Counted from the first letter of the stretch, positions 19,299-30,044 are shown. The stretch is DNA of 64,000 nucleotides from Candidatus Nanosyncoccus sp. (GCA_045541215.1 JAZQIR010000007.1:79167-143166); one strand, 5' to 3'. Numbers and translations: made by a program. The notes: generated by a model not told the origin, from the letters alone.

Positions 19299-19766
19299 TT
19301 ATATTTTGATATTGTTTGAAGGTTTTCTATACTTCGGCCAGTGTTGTAAACAGGTTGGTATCATTGTTCTGACGCCGCTTGGGTCTAATACTTTTTCTTT
19401 TATCGTTCTAGCTACTCTTAAGGCAAGCGTAGCGTTCTTGCGTGGGCTTCGGCCATAATCTAGTATATTGAACCCTGAAAAAGAATTTGTGTTTTTACCG
19501 TCTGAGAAAATAAAGGAATATTCTTCGCCATCTAGAACAGTATTTGGCTCAAGGCATCCTGGTATACAAAATAACTCTGAATGTTCCTTAATAATACTTT
19601 TTATTTTATTGATCTCGCTAGTCGGGATAGTATGAAGATACTTCTTGTCGTGAAACCAAGTGATCACATTGTTTTCTTTGTCGCTTGTAACTGTAATACG
19701 GAAAATAGATTCTGGAGCGTCAGGAGAAAGCCACGTAGGAGATATCCTATATTCAAATATTGTCAT
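19299..19766 (-). CDS. Hypothetical protein (155 aa)
   Basis: ATGA overlap with the upstream TfoX gene. Confidence 0.7.
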   Translation of the reverse strand: MTIFEYRISPTWLSPDAPESIFRITVTSDKENNVITWFHDKKYLHTIPTSEINKIKSIIKEHSELFCIPGCLEPNTVLDGEEYSFIFSDGKNTNSFSGFNILDYGRSPRKNATLALRVARTIKEKVLDPSGVRTMIPTCLQHWPKYRKPSNNIKI

Positions 19767-20056
19767 TGCTTTAATCCTCTAGTGGTCGCTTCTATCATCT
19801 CGATCAGCTTTTCTTTATCATCTACGTCTTCGACTAAATACATCGGCTTAGCGCCATCGTAGGGGATAGATTCTGACATTTTGTACTGTTCGTTTTCTGG
19901 AACAATTTTTACAAGTAAACGGTCATCATAAATGCCGCCAAATAAGACGTTATTGGAATATAGCAGGAATTCGCCCATCATCGGCCGGCAAGTAATGTTC
20001 GGCGCTTCCGACAGTTGTTCTAAGATAAAATCGCGATATTCTTTGGTGCTTGCCAC
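19763..20056 (-). CDS. TfoX/Sxy N-terminal domain protein
   Basis: MASTKEY.DFILEQL, RPMMGE.LLY, FGGIYDDRLLVK. Confidence 0.85.
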   Translation of the reverse strand: MASTKEYRDFILEQLSEAPNITCRPMMGEFLLYSNNVLFGGIYDDRLLVKIVPENEQYKMSESIPYDGAKPMYLVEDVDDKEKLIEMIEATTRGLKQ

Positions 20057-20057
20057 A

Positions 20058-20315
20058 TTACGCTTTCTTCCATCTCTTGAGTGTTGGAAATACTTTCGTG
20101 CAATATTCTTTCATTTGTTCGTTCGTCATACCGGCCTGTTCGCCAAACTTCGAGCACATTTCAATATACTCTTCCATGGAAACTTTATCTACAAATTCAC
20201 CATCTTTGTAGCACCACTTGCAATAATCATTATTAATACTGCCATCTTTTTCAGTAGAGTACATATCTTCTGAAGTTAGCGGCATTGCACAGCTTTGGCA
20301 AATAGTTTGTTCCAT
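20058..20315 (-). CDS. Zinc-ribbon domain protein, copy 1
   Basis: CQSCAMPL, DYCKWCYKDG; near-identical to 32799-33056. Confidence 0.85.
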   Translation of the reverse strand: MEQTICQSCAMPLTSEDMYSTEKDGSINNDYCKWCYKDGEFVDKVSMEEYIEMCSKFGEQAGMTNEQMKEYCTKVFPTLKRWKKA

Positions 20316-20348
20316 AAAAGATCCTTTGTTTACTTACTATAATTATAC

Positions 20349-20397
20349 CATTGACATTGTATCTCTTCCATTTTCTCCATTGTCATTGTTTTAAGCC
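20349..20397. repeat. CATTG box
   Basis: CATTGACATTGT-N-TCTCCATTGTCATTGTTTTAAGCC, as at 17736, 18633 and 33090. Confidence 0.8.
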
Positions 20398-20671
20398 TCT
20401 CCGGCTCCAATAAGGCCTCGGATGGAGAAGTCGCCCCTGCCTGCAGTCTCGAACGCATCAATTGGCTTAGCGTACGTTGTCTTGCTCGGTAGTAGTCTAG
20501 CTTTCAGGACATAGTATTGGTGAAGTTGAATGTGTGTTCAGCTTTTCGTTGCACTAATAATGTAATTCCTTTTTTATGCCATTGTTTCATACTTAAAGTA
20601 TAAGCGTCTTGACTTTTACTGGTAGTTTGATATATTTGTAGTAATAAAATATTTAATTTAAGGAGTAATAA

Positions 20672-21073
20672 ATGTCAAAAAGGACATCGTACGATATAAT
20701 GAAATCATTTAGTTGGATTTACATTATTGTTGCTTTGTTTTATGCTATTGGCACAATAATTTGTTTTGCCATGCCAGAACTTCGCAATGGCTTGGAAGAA
20801 AGCTTAGGTGGTAACGATGGTATGATAAAACTTGGTGTTACAGCTGGGGTCACTATTCTACTCAACTTGTGGTACTTCTGGCTTGCAAGAAGGGTTGCGG
20901 CTAAGAAAAGCGACGGTGTGCTTTATGGAGTTTTGTTGATTTTGGGTATTGTTGGCGCTATTGTAACTTTCTTTACTACGAAGGCTGGTGTTACAAGCCT
21001 TCTGTCGATCGACTTTATTATTGATACAATAGGTCTTTATTATCTTGCTCAAGTGAGGAAAGAGAGTAAATAG
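20672..21073 (+). CDS. Hypothetical 4-TM membrane protein
   Basis: AAGGAG RBS; hydrophobic 133 aa. Confidence 0.75.
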   Translation: MSKRTSYDIMKSFSWIYIIVALFYAIGTIICFAMPELRNGLEESLGGNDGMIKLGVTAGVTILLNLWYFWLARRVAAKKSDGVLYGVLLILGIVGAIVTFFTTKAGVTSLLSIDFIIDTIGLYYLAQVRKESK

Positions 21074-21103
21074 TTAGTACATCTTATTGTCCCTCACCAT
21101 AGG

Positions 21104-21136
21104 AATAAAAGAAGCCCCAATGGGACTTCTTTTATT
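21104..21136 (+). terminator. Intrinsic terminator
   Basis: AATAAAAGAAG-CCC...GGG-A-CTTCTTTTATT. Confidence 0.7.
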
Positions 21137-21203
21137 TATTAAATTTTACTATAAATCGAGTACGATGATTTTGACTTTCGCAAATTATTTTTCATCCAGT
21201 ATT

Positions 21204-21262
21204 TCTGGTCGCCCCTCACCAAATGAAGGTATTATTAAACCCGCCGTAGTGCGGTGTTTTTT
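21204..21262. repeat. att-like junction (short P arm, core, B' terminator)
   Basis: TCTGGTCGCCCCTCACCAAATGAAG identical to 17968-17992; hairpin CCGC-cgtagt-GCGG-TGTTTTTT. Confidence 0.85.
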
Positions 21263-21753
21263 TATTCTGTACTTAAGTTAACGGAAACGTTCCCGCCGTC
21301 TAATTCTGGTAGGTTATTAATGTGTCCAATCTTTGAGTAACTATAACTTGTATCGAATGATTCATAGAAGATTACGAGACAGTTATCACCAAATAACATT
21401 ACGTCACCGGCTTCGATATGCTTCGAGCTATAAGTATTTGTTGGTAGAGATTCATTTAAATATACATATTTTTCATTACCATTTAAGTCATTCATTGAAA
21501 GTTCTAGCGGTAATAGTTTTATTAAGGCTGAAGTCGTAGAGTTATTCTCTAAATCTATTTCAAGTTTCTTGTTGTTAATATTTATATAAACTTTATCCAT
21601 AGTCATTTCCTCATTATCTATTAATTGATTTGTTTCGGGCGAAAGATTTGGATCTTTGTCTGATTCTTTATTATTCATCATGATTGTTGTAACGACAACT
21701 GAAACGATTATTACAATCAAGATTGGAATAGAAATAGCTAGCTTTTTATTCAT
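21262..21753 (-). CDS. Cyclophilin-like fold protein, membrane-anchored
   Basis: LENNSTT.AL...LPL.L.M.DLNGNEK, GDVMLFGDNCLVIFY..F.TSYSYSKIG. Confidence 0.8.
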   Translation of the reverse strand: MNKKLAISIPILIVIIVSVVVTTIMMNNKESDKDPNLSPETNQLIDNEEMTMDKVYININNKKLEIDLENNSTTSALIKLLPLELSMNDLNGNEKYVYLNESLPTNTYSSKHIEAGDVMLFGDNCLVIFYESFDTSYSYSKIGHINNLPELDGGNVSVNLSTE

Positions 21754-22794
21754 TTAAACCTCGAGGCTTTCTTTTAGGAAACCCTCGATCTTATCGAATG
21801 GAATCTTGTCAAGATTATCATACAAATCTACGTGTGAAGCTCCCTCTACGATGTAAAGTTCTTTATTGCCGACTTTGGTGCTTCCGAGTGGATAGACGCC
21901 AGTATATGGTTCTGGGATAACCCCATTAGTTTTCGTTTCTCCAGCAATCTTGTCGAACGAAGCTTCGCTATTGTAGCGCGAATGTGCTTTTTCGCCGTGA
22001 ATAATCAAAACTGGTATGTCGATTTCATTAGCATAAGTTAGGATGCGCGTATTTGCGAGGGAGCCGTTCGTCTGAATAGCCCAGCCGCCGTTAGAATTAA
22101 GGCTACGTTTATGGTAGCCGCGCGGTGTTTTGTAATATGTGTGATAGTCTTGAAGAAATTGCGGGGCCGTCTCTGGAACTGGATCTACCACGCCACCAGC
22201 GAGCTTATATTCGTCATTTTTATAATCTTCAGTGCGCTGATTATTGATTGCTGTGCGAGCATTCTTGCGTGCCTCTTTATTATTATCTGCATCGAAATAA
22301 CCATTTCCAGCTACACGCGTCATGTCATACATCGTGCTAGCAATAACGGCTTTAATGCGAGTTTCAAGGCAGGCGGCCTGAAGCGCCATACCGCCCCAAC
22401 CACAAATGCCGATAATAGCCAGTTTGTCTGGGTTTACTTCGTCTAGATTGGATAGATAATCTACGGCGGCCTGATAATCTTCTACATTTAAATCCGGGGA
22501 AGTCATGTAACGAGTTTCACCGCCGGATTCGCCAGTAAATGATGGATCGAAAGCTAGGGTCAAAAAACCGCGTTCCGCTAAGGTTTGAGCGTAGAGGCCA
22601 GACGACTGCTCTTTGACTGCACCATATGGTCCAGAAATAACAATTGCCGGCAACTTGCCGTTTCTTTCTTTTGGTTCGTATAAATCTGCCGCTATTTCAA
22701 TTCCGAAATGGTTTTTGAAAGAAACCTTTCTGTGGTTTACTTTGTCGCTTTTTTCGAATACTTTGTCCCATTCATTAGTTAGTTGTAATGCCAT
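21754..22794 (-). CDS. Alpha/beta hydrolase (YcjY-like)
   Basis: GPYGAVKEQ, AFDPSFTGESGG, GICGWGG nucleophile elbow, HVDLYD. Confidence 0.9.
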   Translation of the reverse strand: MALQLTNEWDKVFEKSDKVNHRKVSFKNHFGIEIAADLYEPKERNGKLPAIVISGPYGAVKEQSSGLYAQTLAERGFLTLAFDPSFTGESGGETRYMTSPDLNVEDYQAAVDYLSNLDEVNPDKLAIIGICGWGGMALQAACLETRIKAVIASTMYDMTRVAGNGYFDADNNKEARKNARTAINNQRTEDYKNDEYKLAGGVVDPVPETAPQFLQDYHTYYKTPRGYHKRSLNSNGGWAIQTNGSLANTRILTYANEIDIPVLIIHGEKAHSRYNSEASFDKIAGETKTNGVIPEPYTGVYPLGSTKVGNKELYIVEGASHVDLYDNLDKIPFDKIEGFLKESLEV

Positions 22795-22898
22795 AAAGGT
22801 CTCCTTTTAAAAACATAATTGCTCAATATTCTAGTTACTATTATACTATCAAATGCTACACTTACTTTTGTCATCGTTATTGCTTTGGATAAATAGAT

Positions 22899-23384
22899 TT
22901 AATATCTCTTTGCGTTCATCTTTTCGTATTCTTTGAATACTTCAAGGCACATTTCTCGGTCTTTTTCCTCTAGGAACCCTTCTGGTAAAGAAGATCTTTC
23001 TCCCATCATTTTGTCGAACTTTGCATCACGAAAACCAATCGCTTCATTGTCACTTAGTCTGCACCCGTAATATACTTTGCTGATATTTGCCCACATAATC
23101 GCCGCAAGACACATTGGACAAGGTTCTGCTGTGGTATAGATTTCGCAATTTGAAAGATCATAAGTCCCAAGCTTACTTTCGGCTTTTCGTATTGCATCGA
23201 TCTCGCCATGGCATGTCGAATCATTGGAGGAGAGTACACGATTATGACCCGATGCAATTACTTCGCCGTTTTTTACTATTACTGCTCCAAAAGGCCCGCC
23301 GTCATGATTAAAAATCCCTTTTCTTGCTTCGTTCACTGCTAATTCTATGAATTCTTTTTTGTACGTTCTGTCAGTCATTTCCAT
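22899..23384 (-). CDS. Nucleoside/guanine deaminase (cytidine deaminase fold)
   Basis: GGPFGAVIV, HGEIDAIR, EPCPMC. Confidence 0.9.
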   Translation of the reverse strand: MEMTDRTYKKEFIELAVNEARKGIFNHDGGPFGAVIVKNGEVIASGHNRVLSSNDSTCHGEIDAIRKAESKLGTYDLSNCEIYTTAEPCPMCLAAIMWANISKVYYGCRLSDNEAIGFRDAKFDKMMGERSSLPEGFLEEKDREMCLEVFKEYEKMNAKRY

Positions 23385-23422
23385 TGATGTTGTTCCCTGC
23401 TGGCTTTAGTGATTTAGCTTGT

Positions 23423-26400
23423 TTAATGAGATTTTCTTCTATGAATGAGCCAAAGTGTACTTGCTAAGGCACCTAAAGCTGTAAATGACACACTGCTAAG
23501 TGCTACGACGGCGACTTTCGTGAAGGCGCCAGTATCTGGTACTAATGGGCCGATTTCGTCTGCATTGCTGCCGCCAACCTGATTGATGTAGCCTTTGAAC
23601 CAGGCAGGGAGAAGTTCCATGTTGCGGAATTTTTCAGTTGGCCAGGTGTCGCCGTTGCTTGCTTCGTCGCCGGCACTTGCGACGCGGACAGCTAGGTATT
23701 CGTGATTGGCGCTTAGCATATCGTCTGGGTTTACGATAATATCGGTGATTTCTTGGCCTGGGGCTAGATCGCTGAATGGGACTTCTTTGTAGACTGTTTT
23801 GTTGACCGTATTATAATATACTAGTTTTCCGCTCTTGTGGCCTGGGCCTAGCGATTTGGCGGTTACGGTGTAGGCATCGCGGTTGCCATGATTGTGAAAA
23901 TCGTATTTCAGATTGGTTATTTGGACTTGACCTTCGCTGGCATCGACTACATATTCTGACTGAATACCGATGTCGGCATAATCGTCGTTGCGACTAGTAG
24001 CTCCTAGTATGTAGGTGTGAGGGTTATTGTAGTCGGCTGCTGGAAGATCTAACTCAAGCTGGTAGGTATCACCTGGGCTGAGAGTTGGAATGTCATAATC
24101 TGCTAGCTTGACGTACTTATTGCTAGATTCGCCTTCGTTCTTCAAATATAGTGAGAATTTATCGACGTGGAACAAACCAGTGTTTTTTAATAGTACGTCG
24201 ACTTTTGCTACGTTGGTGTCGACACCTAGATTTCTTAAATTGGTGATGTCGGCTGCGAGAATAGAAATGTGGTTGGTGGCAGCTCCAGACATTGCGTACA
24301 TGTCGGCTTGACCTTCTACCCAATCTGGGTCAACGTATTCGTAGTTTTGTGCTGTGTAGATAATAAACGGAACGGCGGTACTACCAGAAATGGCATTGTT
24401 GCCGACAAAGAGACCAGCATAGTAAGTTACGTTGGAATTCTCATCGACGTTTGTAACTAATACAGGATCATAATTACATTCGCCATTGGCTTTGACGTAA
24501 CCAACGAGATTCTGGCGAGAGTCAACATTGGAAAGATAGGAAACCATGAATGTTTCATTCAAATCACCGATAATCTTGAACGGAGCATATGGAAGAGAAT
24601 GATTGTCGTCGCCAAATTCGAGAATTTTCTCGCTGGCTTTTGTGGAACTGTAGAGTTTGCCATCTTCTATGAATGTTAGTACTGATTCACCATTTTTGTT
24701 AGTAAACTGAGCGCCCCAAGCGTTCGTAAAGTTAGCTACTATATTGCCTTCGGCGTCAATTACGTAAGTAATGATTACGTCTGCGAAATCGTTCCAAACA
24801 GTGTATACTGCGCTTGGTTTGCCATCATAAATACCTGCATCAAAAGAGGCGATTGTTCCCCATATATAACTTTTGATTACGTTACCATCCCATCCATCGC
24901 CGTTTTTACGGAAGAGCATGATTTTACGTTCGCCATCAACTAGGCCTTCTGGATCGGCGTCGTCATTAGTGTAAGCGAAGATATATGGTTCATGATCATC
25001 TTCGCTTCCGCCGTTGGTTACGCCAACGCCACCGTAAATATAGTATGAATCTGACGTAACTTGTTCTTGGCTATTAAAGGTGTTGGTATCAGGGTCAAAC
25101 TTTGCAAACATGATTTCGCCACTCTTTGCAACTTCAGTTAAGGTAGCACCGTTGCTGCCGTCATTTGTGAGACGTCGCCATACGAGATAGGACTCATCTG
25201 GGTCGGAGCTATGCGTGAATTTGGCGTCAAAGTCTTGACCATCACTACCGGCGACTGGTTGAGGTTGACTCATCTGCTGGGCAGAACCGTCATAGATTGA
25301 ATAGTCGAGCTCCCCGTTATTATTTGCGAAAACTGTGACAGCGTTTAATTCATTAGTAGGATGCTTGATAGCCTGAATGCCGCTATGTGGATAGACATTT
25401 TCAGCAATACGATGAGCGTAATCGTAACTATTTGCGATCTGGGCTTCGGTGCTATCGGAAGGAACGGTCAAGGATGGTCCGCCACCAAAGCCTGTAGGCT
25501 CGAAGGACGCGGAATTAGTCTCCTTGGTGGGTTTATCAAGATTTTCGAGGTTCCAAGTAGTCTCGCCTTCTTGCTTTTTTATGGTGCCAGCTGGTTTGCT
25601 GCCGTAGTCGTTAGCGACCAGCTCTTCTTGTTTTTCCCTGATGGTTTCTTGCAAATTCAGATCTGTCGTATAAGTGATTTCATCGTCTGTTTCGGTCATA
25701 TGATCGAGGAAATCATAGGAGCCTTTCACGAAAGTAAATGTTGCTACTGTGCGTCCTAGGACTTTCGCTCTTAATCCGACTTCGCCAGAAACATTGAGGC
25801 TGTAAAGGTCAAATATTGGTAAGTAGTGAGATTTGAGGGTGAGACTAGCTGCACCATAAATGCCGATTGAGGCGAGCCAGCCAGAACCGATACCGCCGTA
25901 GAGCTCTAGTCCAGCTGATGCGCCAAGGTCGAGGGTCCCGTTAAATGGTAAATCACTTTTTGGGAAGAGTAAGAAGGTGAATTCTCCATCGGCACCAATA
26001 GTTATCGTTAACGAATAAGTGAAGATAGCGTATTGGCCGGTAACTTTATATCCGGTACCAACATAGAATTGAATGGTGCCTGTCATTTTTTCTGGATGAT
26101 TGTCGTAGGAAGTAGCATAGCCGGCAACTGACCAAACTAGTCCGATGCCGCCTTTATCTTGTTGGTGCTCCTTAGTGTCTTTCCATTTTTGATACATGTT
26201 GGATTTGGAAATGCGATCCTTGAAGTTATCTTTTTCTGCATCTTCCCAGAATTCTTTATCGGTGGAATTAGTACCGATTCCGATTACTGAACGGCCGTCT
26301 GGATAGTGCTCGTATTTGATTGGAATTGGTACAGGACTAAGGGAAAAGTTCATGCCTGTGGTGATTGTGCCCATGTCGATCTTGATATCCTTCATGGGGC

Positions 26401-26866
26401 CGATGGTGACGGGTATTTCAAAATCTTCCTTGGTAGCGTTTTGTTTGATGATGAGGCCGAGCATGGTTTGGCGAACGACGTTGTCGTCCCAGTCATAGAG
26501 GATGATTTCGAGACCGGAGTTTGCTATAAGTTTGGTAGCGTTAAAGCTACATTGTTTGGTGCCGGTCTGGCATATGTTCTTAGCTTCACCGTTTTCGGTG
26601 ATGTCGCGAAGTAAAATTGTCTTTACACCATAGAATCCTTCTTCTACATCAAAATCAAGCGTTAAATCCTTGTGGTCGTCGATTGAGATGACATATGCGT
26701 TGTTGTAAATATCAACTACATCTTGGTCGTAGGTTAATGTAACTGAGTGGAGTACGTCTGCGCCCGTAGAATCTTCCGCGAATGTATTTGATGTAACAAA
26801 AAAAGTAGCTAATGCTAAAGAAAATAACATTAGCACTGCGATTTTCCATTGTTTGATATTAAACAT
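23423..26866 (-). CDS. Large secreted surface protein with a VPDTG-TM-basic C-terminus
   Basis: Signal peptide; beta-rich body; GPLVPDTG, hydrophobic helix, HRRKSH. Confidence 0.75.
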   Translation of the reverse strand: MFNIKQWKIAVLMLFSLALATFFVTSNTFAEDSTGADVLHSVTLTYDQDVVDIYNNAYVISIDDHKDLTLDFDVEEGFYGVKTILLRDITENGEAKNICQTGTKQCSFNATKLIANSGLEIILYDWDDNVVRQTMLGLIIKQNATKEDFEIPVTIGPMKDIKIDMGTITTGMNFSLSPVPIPIKYEHYPDGRSVIGIGTNSTDKEFWEDAEKDNFKDRISKSNMYQKWKDTKEHQQDKGGIGLVWSVAGYATSYDNHPEKMTGTIQFYVGTGYKVTGQYAIFTYSLTITIGADGEFTFLLFPKSDLPFNGTLDLGASAGLELYGGIGSGWLASIGIYGAASLTLKSHYLPIFDLYSLNVSGEVGLRAKVLGRTVATFTFVKGSYDFLDHMTETDDEITYTTDLNLQETIREKQEELVANDYGSKPAGTIKKQEGETTWNLENLDKPTKETNSASFEPTGFGGGPSLTVPSDSTEAQIANSYDYAHRIAENVYPHSGIQAIKHPTNELNAVTVFANNNGELDYSIYDGSAQQMSQPQPVAGSDGQDFDAKFTHSSDPDESYLVWRRLTNDGSNGATLTEVAKSGEIMFAKFDPDTNTFNSQEQVTSDSYYIYGGVGVTNGGSEDDHEPYIFAYTNDDADPEGLVDGERKIMLFRKNGDGWDGNVIKSYIWGTIASFDAGIYDGKPSAVYTVWNDFADVIITYVIDAEGNIVANFTNAWGAQFTNKNGESVLTFIEDGKLYSSTKASEKILEFGDDNHSLPYAPFKIIGDLNETFMVSYLSNVDSRQNLVGYVKANGECNYDPVLVTNVDENSNVTYYAGLFVGNNAISGSTAVPFIIYTAQNYEYVDPDWVEGQADMYAMSGAATNHISILAADITNLRNLGVDTNVAKVDVLLKNTGLFHVDKFSLYLKNEGESSNKYVKLADYDIPTLSPGDTYQLELDLPAADYNNPHTYILGATSRNDDYADIGIQSEYVVDASEGQVQITNLKYDFHNHGNRDAYTVTAKSLGPGHKSGKLVYYNTVNKTVYKEVPFSDLAPGQEITDIIVNPDDMLSANHEYLAVRVASAGDEASNGDTWPTEKFRNMELLPAWFKGYINQVGGSNADEIGPLVPDTGAFTKVAVVALSSVSFTALGALASTLWLIHRRKSH

Positions 26867-26985
26867 TTGACCTCCTAATTAACAATGTATGACATTTATG
26901 CTTATTATAACACAGTGTTTATAATTTTGGTTCGGTATTTGAGTAAAGCAGAGCGCTACTACGAATTTTCAATTAGATGTTACTG

Positions 26986-27050
26986 CAATGCACCAGTCCA
27001 CCACCATGCAAAGCCGAATAAGGCAGTCTCTCGCCTCTCGCCAAATGAAG
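26986..27050. repeat. Degenerate att-like junction
   Basis: CAATGCACCAGTCCACCACCATGCAAAGCCGAATAAG matches the P arm; core TCGCCAA, then ATGAAG; 1-nt deletion near the core. Confidence 0.75.
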
Positions 27051-27103
27051 ATGCACGTAATATATAGCAATTAAAACATCACTGATTATGATATAATTTA
27101 CTT

Positions 27104-27754
27104 ATGTACAAGGTAAACATATTGCTTACAGAAGCTAATGGTAATCTTTCTGATAGTAGGGAGATAATTATAGATGCTGTTAAAACTGCCGAAGAATATG
27201 TATTTCCAAAACTTAAAGTCAATTGGGATATCGATTTGCTAATAACTAACCGCTTGTATGATATTATTATTCCAGAAGACGGAGTCGGTGGACGCACTAG
27301 GACTTCTGACTTTATTGAATTTGCTGTCAATGAGGAAAAAGCAACTGAGAACTTGATTTCTGAAATGGTAGCTCATGAACTTTGTCATGCCGCTCGCTGG
27401 GGCAAGAATGACGAGTGGATTAATACGTTGTTCGATAGCATGATTAGCGAGGGTATTGCAACTTATCTAGAAGCTGAGTTTGTCAAAGACCGAGAAGAAA
27501 AAACAGTCTTTATTAAAACAATTCTCGAACGAACAGACGACGAAAACAAAAAGATTCTCGAAGAGCTTCGCGATCAATTAGATTCCAATTATTACGATTA
27601 TAATACTATATTCTTCAATGGCAACGACAAACTACCACGTTGGTCGGGTTATTCACTTGGATATTATTTAGTCAAAAAGTATCTCGAGAAAACTAATAAA
27701 AAAATCGAAGATGCTTTCGCAGATAAATATACAGAATTCAAGATTGCTTTGTAA
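27104..27754 (+). CDS. DUF2268-like putative Zn-dependent protease
   Basis: HELCH (HExxH), SEGIATYL, RWSGYSLGY. Confidence 0.8.
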   Translation: MYKVNILLTEANGNLSDSREIIIDAVKTAEEYVFPKLKVNWDIDLLITNRLYDIIIPEDGVGGRTRTSDFIEFAVNEEKATENLISEMVAHELCHAARWGKNDEWINTLFDSMISEGIATYLEAEFVKDREEKTVFIKTILERTDDENKKILEELRDQLDSNYYDYNTIFFNGNDKLPRWSGYSLGYYLVKKYLEKTNKKIEDAFADKYTEFKIAL

Positions 27755-27757
27755 ATG

Positions 27758-27787
27758 AAAAAGCACGGATATAAACCCGTGCTTTTT
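27758..27787. terminator. Bidirectional intrinsic terminator
   Basis: AAAAAGCACGG-N8-CCGTGCTTTTT between convergent genes. Confidence 0.8.
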
Positions 27788-27802
27788 GTTAATCTCTAGC
27801 CC

Positions 27803-29947
27803 TTAGGCAAAGTAGTGTGGCATTCTCAAGCCGTCCGGATCGACACCAACAGAATGCTGAATGATTGGGTGCGTATAATGTGCCGAATCGAACCCGAAGT
27901 TGATAGGTACAAGCCAAGGGCTGAATACGCGGACGACCTTAATATCCGATTTTCTATCGGACAGATCCACTGTTACAAGTTGCAGGTGTTCATTATAGAA
28001 CCAATTAAGGCTCTTTACTACCATGCTCTCCTGAATGTGGCTCTCGGAGATCATATTTTTCCAAAGCCAATGAAGCTTGTCGGCATTTTCCTTGAAGTAG
28101 TAAACCTTTCCATGATCTGCTGGCGTAGAAACACTAAACGGATCTATTGGTGTCATATCTGGATAACGCAAAGCTAACAGAAGATTGTATTCCGCTTCCT
28201 GCGCAGACTTCAGAATCGCATCATCTACGGATTTTTTATCGATCGTAGCCGCTGCTCCGCTTACGAAACATGGATATTCATCGCCGACAATTACCGTCTC
28301 AAAGACCATTCCGAAATCACTTGGAATTTGAAGAACAATCAATTGGCGTTTTTGCTTCAAGAAGTGAGTAATACGCTTTCTGACATGAATCGGGAGGATC
28401 CTTTCATCGACTCGATACGGAGATTCCTGAGAAAACCAGTTACACATCAACGCATCGCGTTCAATTAGTTCGATGACGGCTCGTTTCTTGGCTTCGTCAA
28501 AGTCAAAATGAGCTGCAATGCCAGATGAATTGCCATAGTAAATGCGGTTTTTGTCATCTTTCTGACCATAATAAACTAAATCCGACGGAACATAAATTTC
28601 AGAGCCGTCATAATTAGTCCCCAATGTCCAGTTGATAACAAGATCGTTCGTAAAGAACTTTACCCCGCACTTTTTAGCTTGTTCTTCCGTAAGCGGAAAA
28701 TACACTTTTGGGTCAAGCCATTTACCTGGCACTTGATTTGCTGAGCCGTGGAAGTCCACTCGCACCTGACTAGATTGGTAGCGTTCGTAGCCCTCAATAG
28801 TCGCCTTGAAAACGGCGTCCGCATAAGATGGACTAGTCGCTCCAGCATATTGAATGTTGCCACTTTCATCTAGATACGTAGTTGTAGCTCCAAAGAATGA
28901 ACCATCACTATCAAATACGCGTGTCCATACGTCTTTAACTGGATGATCTGCGCCAACACGCTCCTCAACGAAACGAATCTTATTAAACTGCTCCGTTTCG
29001 AAGCCTGCTGGGTAACCTACCGGAATTGCGATTATGGGCCAAATATTACCAGAGAGCTCAAGCTCTTGCTTCAATGGTCCATCCTGAACACCACCCATCT
29101 CGCAAGCACCAAGACCTTGCTCGGCACAATAGAGGCTAATGTTTTCAGCAACATGACCTACTTCAATGAGCGTCAAGCGATAGCCACGATTAGCGTACTT
29201 GTATGGCTGACGCTCAAGATCTGCCGCAATGACGATTTGCACAGAAGAGCCAAAAGGCATTTCTTCCTGGTTAAAACAGTATTTCAGTTGCTCAACATCG
29301 ACCTCGTCACTGAAGCAGACAAGACGATTTTGTTCGGCGTCATACTCGTAGTAACCAGGTTCAAGTCCATCTTGTGGTTTTTCGATTAGCACATAAATCC
29401 TAAGCGGATAGAGTGCTCCGCCACTCGGTACCGAATGATCAGGGATCGAGTAGGCGAAGTGGCAAATACTACCGATTTGATTAACTGTCATCTTCCTCTC
29501 TGAAAAAGAGCGACAAGAGCGTCGATTTTCCCTGACCCAGGATAGCGCCGAAGATGTGTCGCAATCAAACTGGATAACCTCACCAGACTTAATCGGCAAC
29601 CTTTCACTTTTAGTGTAGGCTTCGACCTCGTCTTGAGTAAGATTCGAGTTGATAGCGGACGGGTAGTTACTGATACGATGAAAATGCATGAACTGATGCC
29701 TTGAATCAACAATAAGTTCCATATCCTCTAGTTCAACGAGAATTTCCATCACTTCATCTTTTGGTAAGCCAGAAGACTCAATGATAGAGGAAACATTCGT
29801 ATATCCATTGCAAAAGCCCAAAATCTTCCAAACTTCATCAGCCATATCGTGACCGATGTCTATCTGGTTCTCGCGATGGAGGAATCTTATCCCTCCTTTA
29901 TATGGAACCGCTGAAACCACTAAGATTGGGATAAAATTGATGTCCAT
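27803..29947 (-). CDS. Fused wHTH/RRE-like + SagB/ThcOx dehydrogenase + YcaO cyclodehydratase
   Basis: RRSCRSF, PSGGALYP, RGYRLTLIEVGHVAENI (SagB); KATIEGYERY, NSSGIAAH, ELIERDA, C-terminal MPHYFA (YcaO). Confidence 0.9.
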   Translation of the reverse strand: MDINFIPILVVSAVPYKGGIRFLHRENQIDIGHDMADEVWKILGFCNGYTNVSSIIESSGLPKDEVMEILVELEDMELIVDSRHQFMHFHRISNYPSAINSNLTQDEVEAYTKSERLPIKSGEVIQFDCDTSSALSWVRENRRSCRSFSERKMTVNQIGSICHFAYSIPDHSVPSGGALYPLRIYVLIEKPQDGLEPGYYEYDAEQNRLVCFSDEVDVEQLKYCFNQEEMPFGSSVQIVIAADLERQPYKYANRGYRLTLIEVGHVAENISLYCAEQGLGACEMGGVQDGPLKQELELSGNIWPIIAIPVGYPAGFETEQFNKIRFVEERVGADHPVKDVWTRVFDSDGSFFGATTTYLDESGNIQYAGATSPSYADAVFKATIEGYERYQSSQVRVDFHGSANQVPGKWLDPKVYFPLTEEQAKKCGVKFFTNDLVINWTLGTNYDGSEIYVPSDLVYYGQKDDKNRIYYGNSSGIAAHFDFDEAKKRAVIELIERDALMCNWFSQESPYRVDERILPIHVRKRITHFLKQKRQLIVLQIPSDFGMVFETVIVGDEYPCFVSGAAATIDKKSVDDAILKSAQEAEYNLLLALRYPDMTPIDPFSVSTPADHGKVYYFKENADKLHWLWKNMISESHIQESMVVKSLNWFYNEHLQLVTVDLSDRKSDIKVVRVFSPWLVPINFGFDSAHYTHPIIQHSVGVDPDGLRMPHYFA

Positions 29948-30044
29948 CTAAAACACCTTCCTTTCTAAAGACTAAAGTTTTTAAGGTCCCAGAGACAATT
30001 CTCCATTATATTATAACATTTTTATAGAGTTTAAGCAAGAAAGA

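Noticed and set aside
20430-20438. GTCGCCCCT resembling the end of the P arm
   Set aside because: Not followed by the core; at most a degenerate remnant.
21091-21099. CCCTCACCA before the terminator at 21104 as another att core
   Set aside because: Only a 9-bp match with no arm homology; could arise by chance, so not counted.
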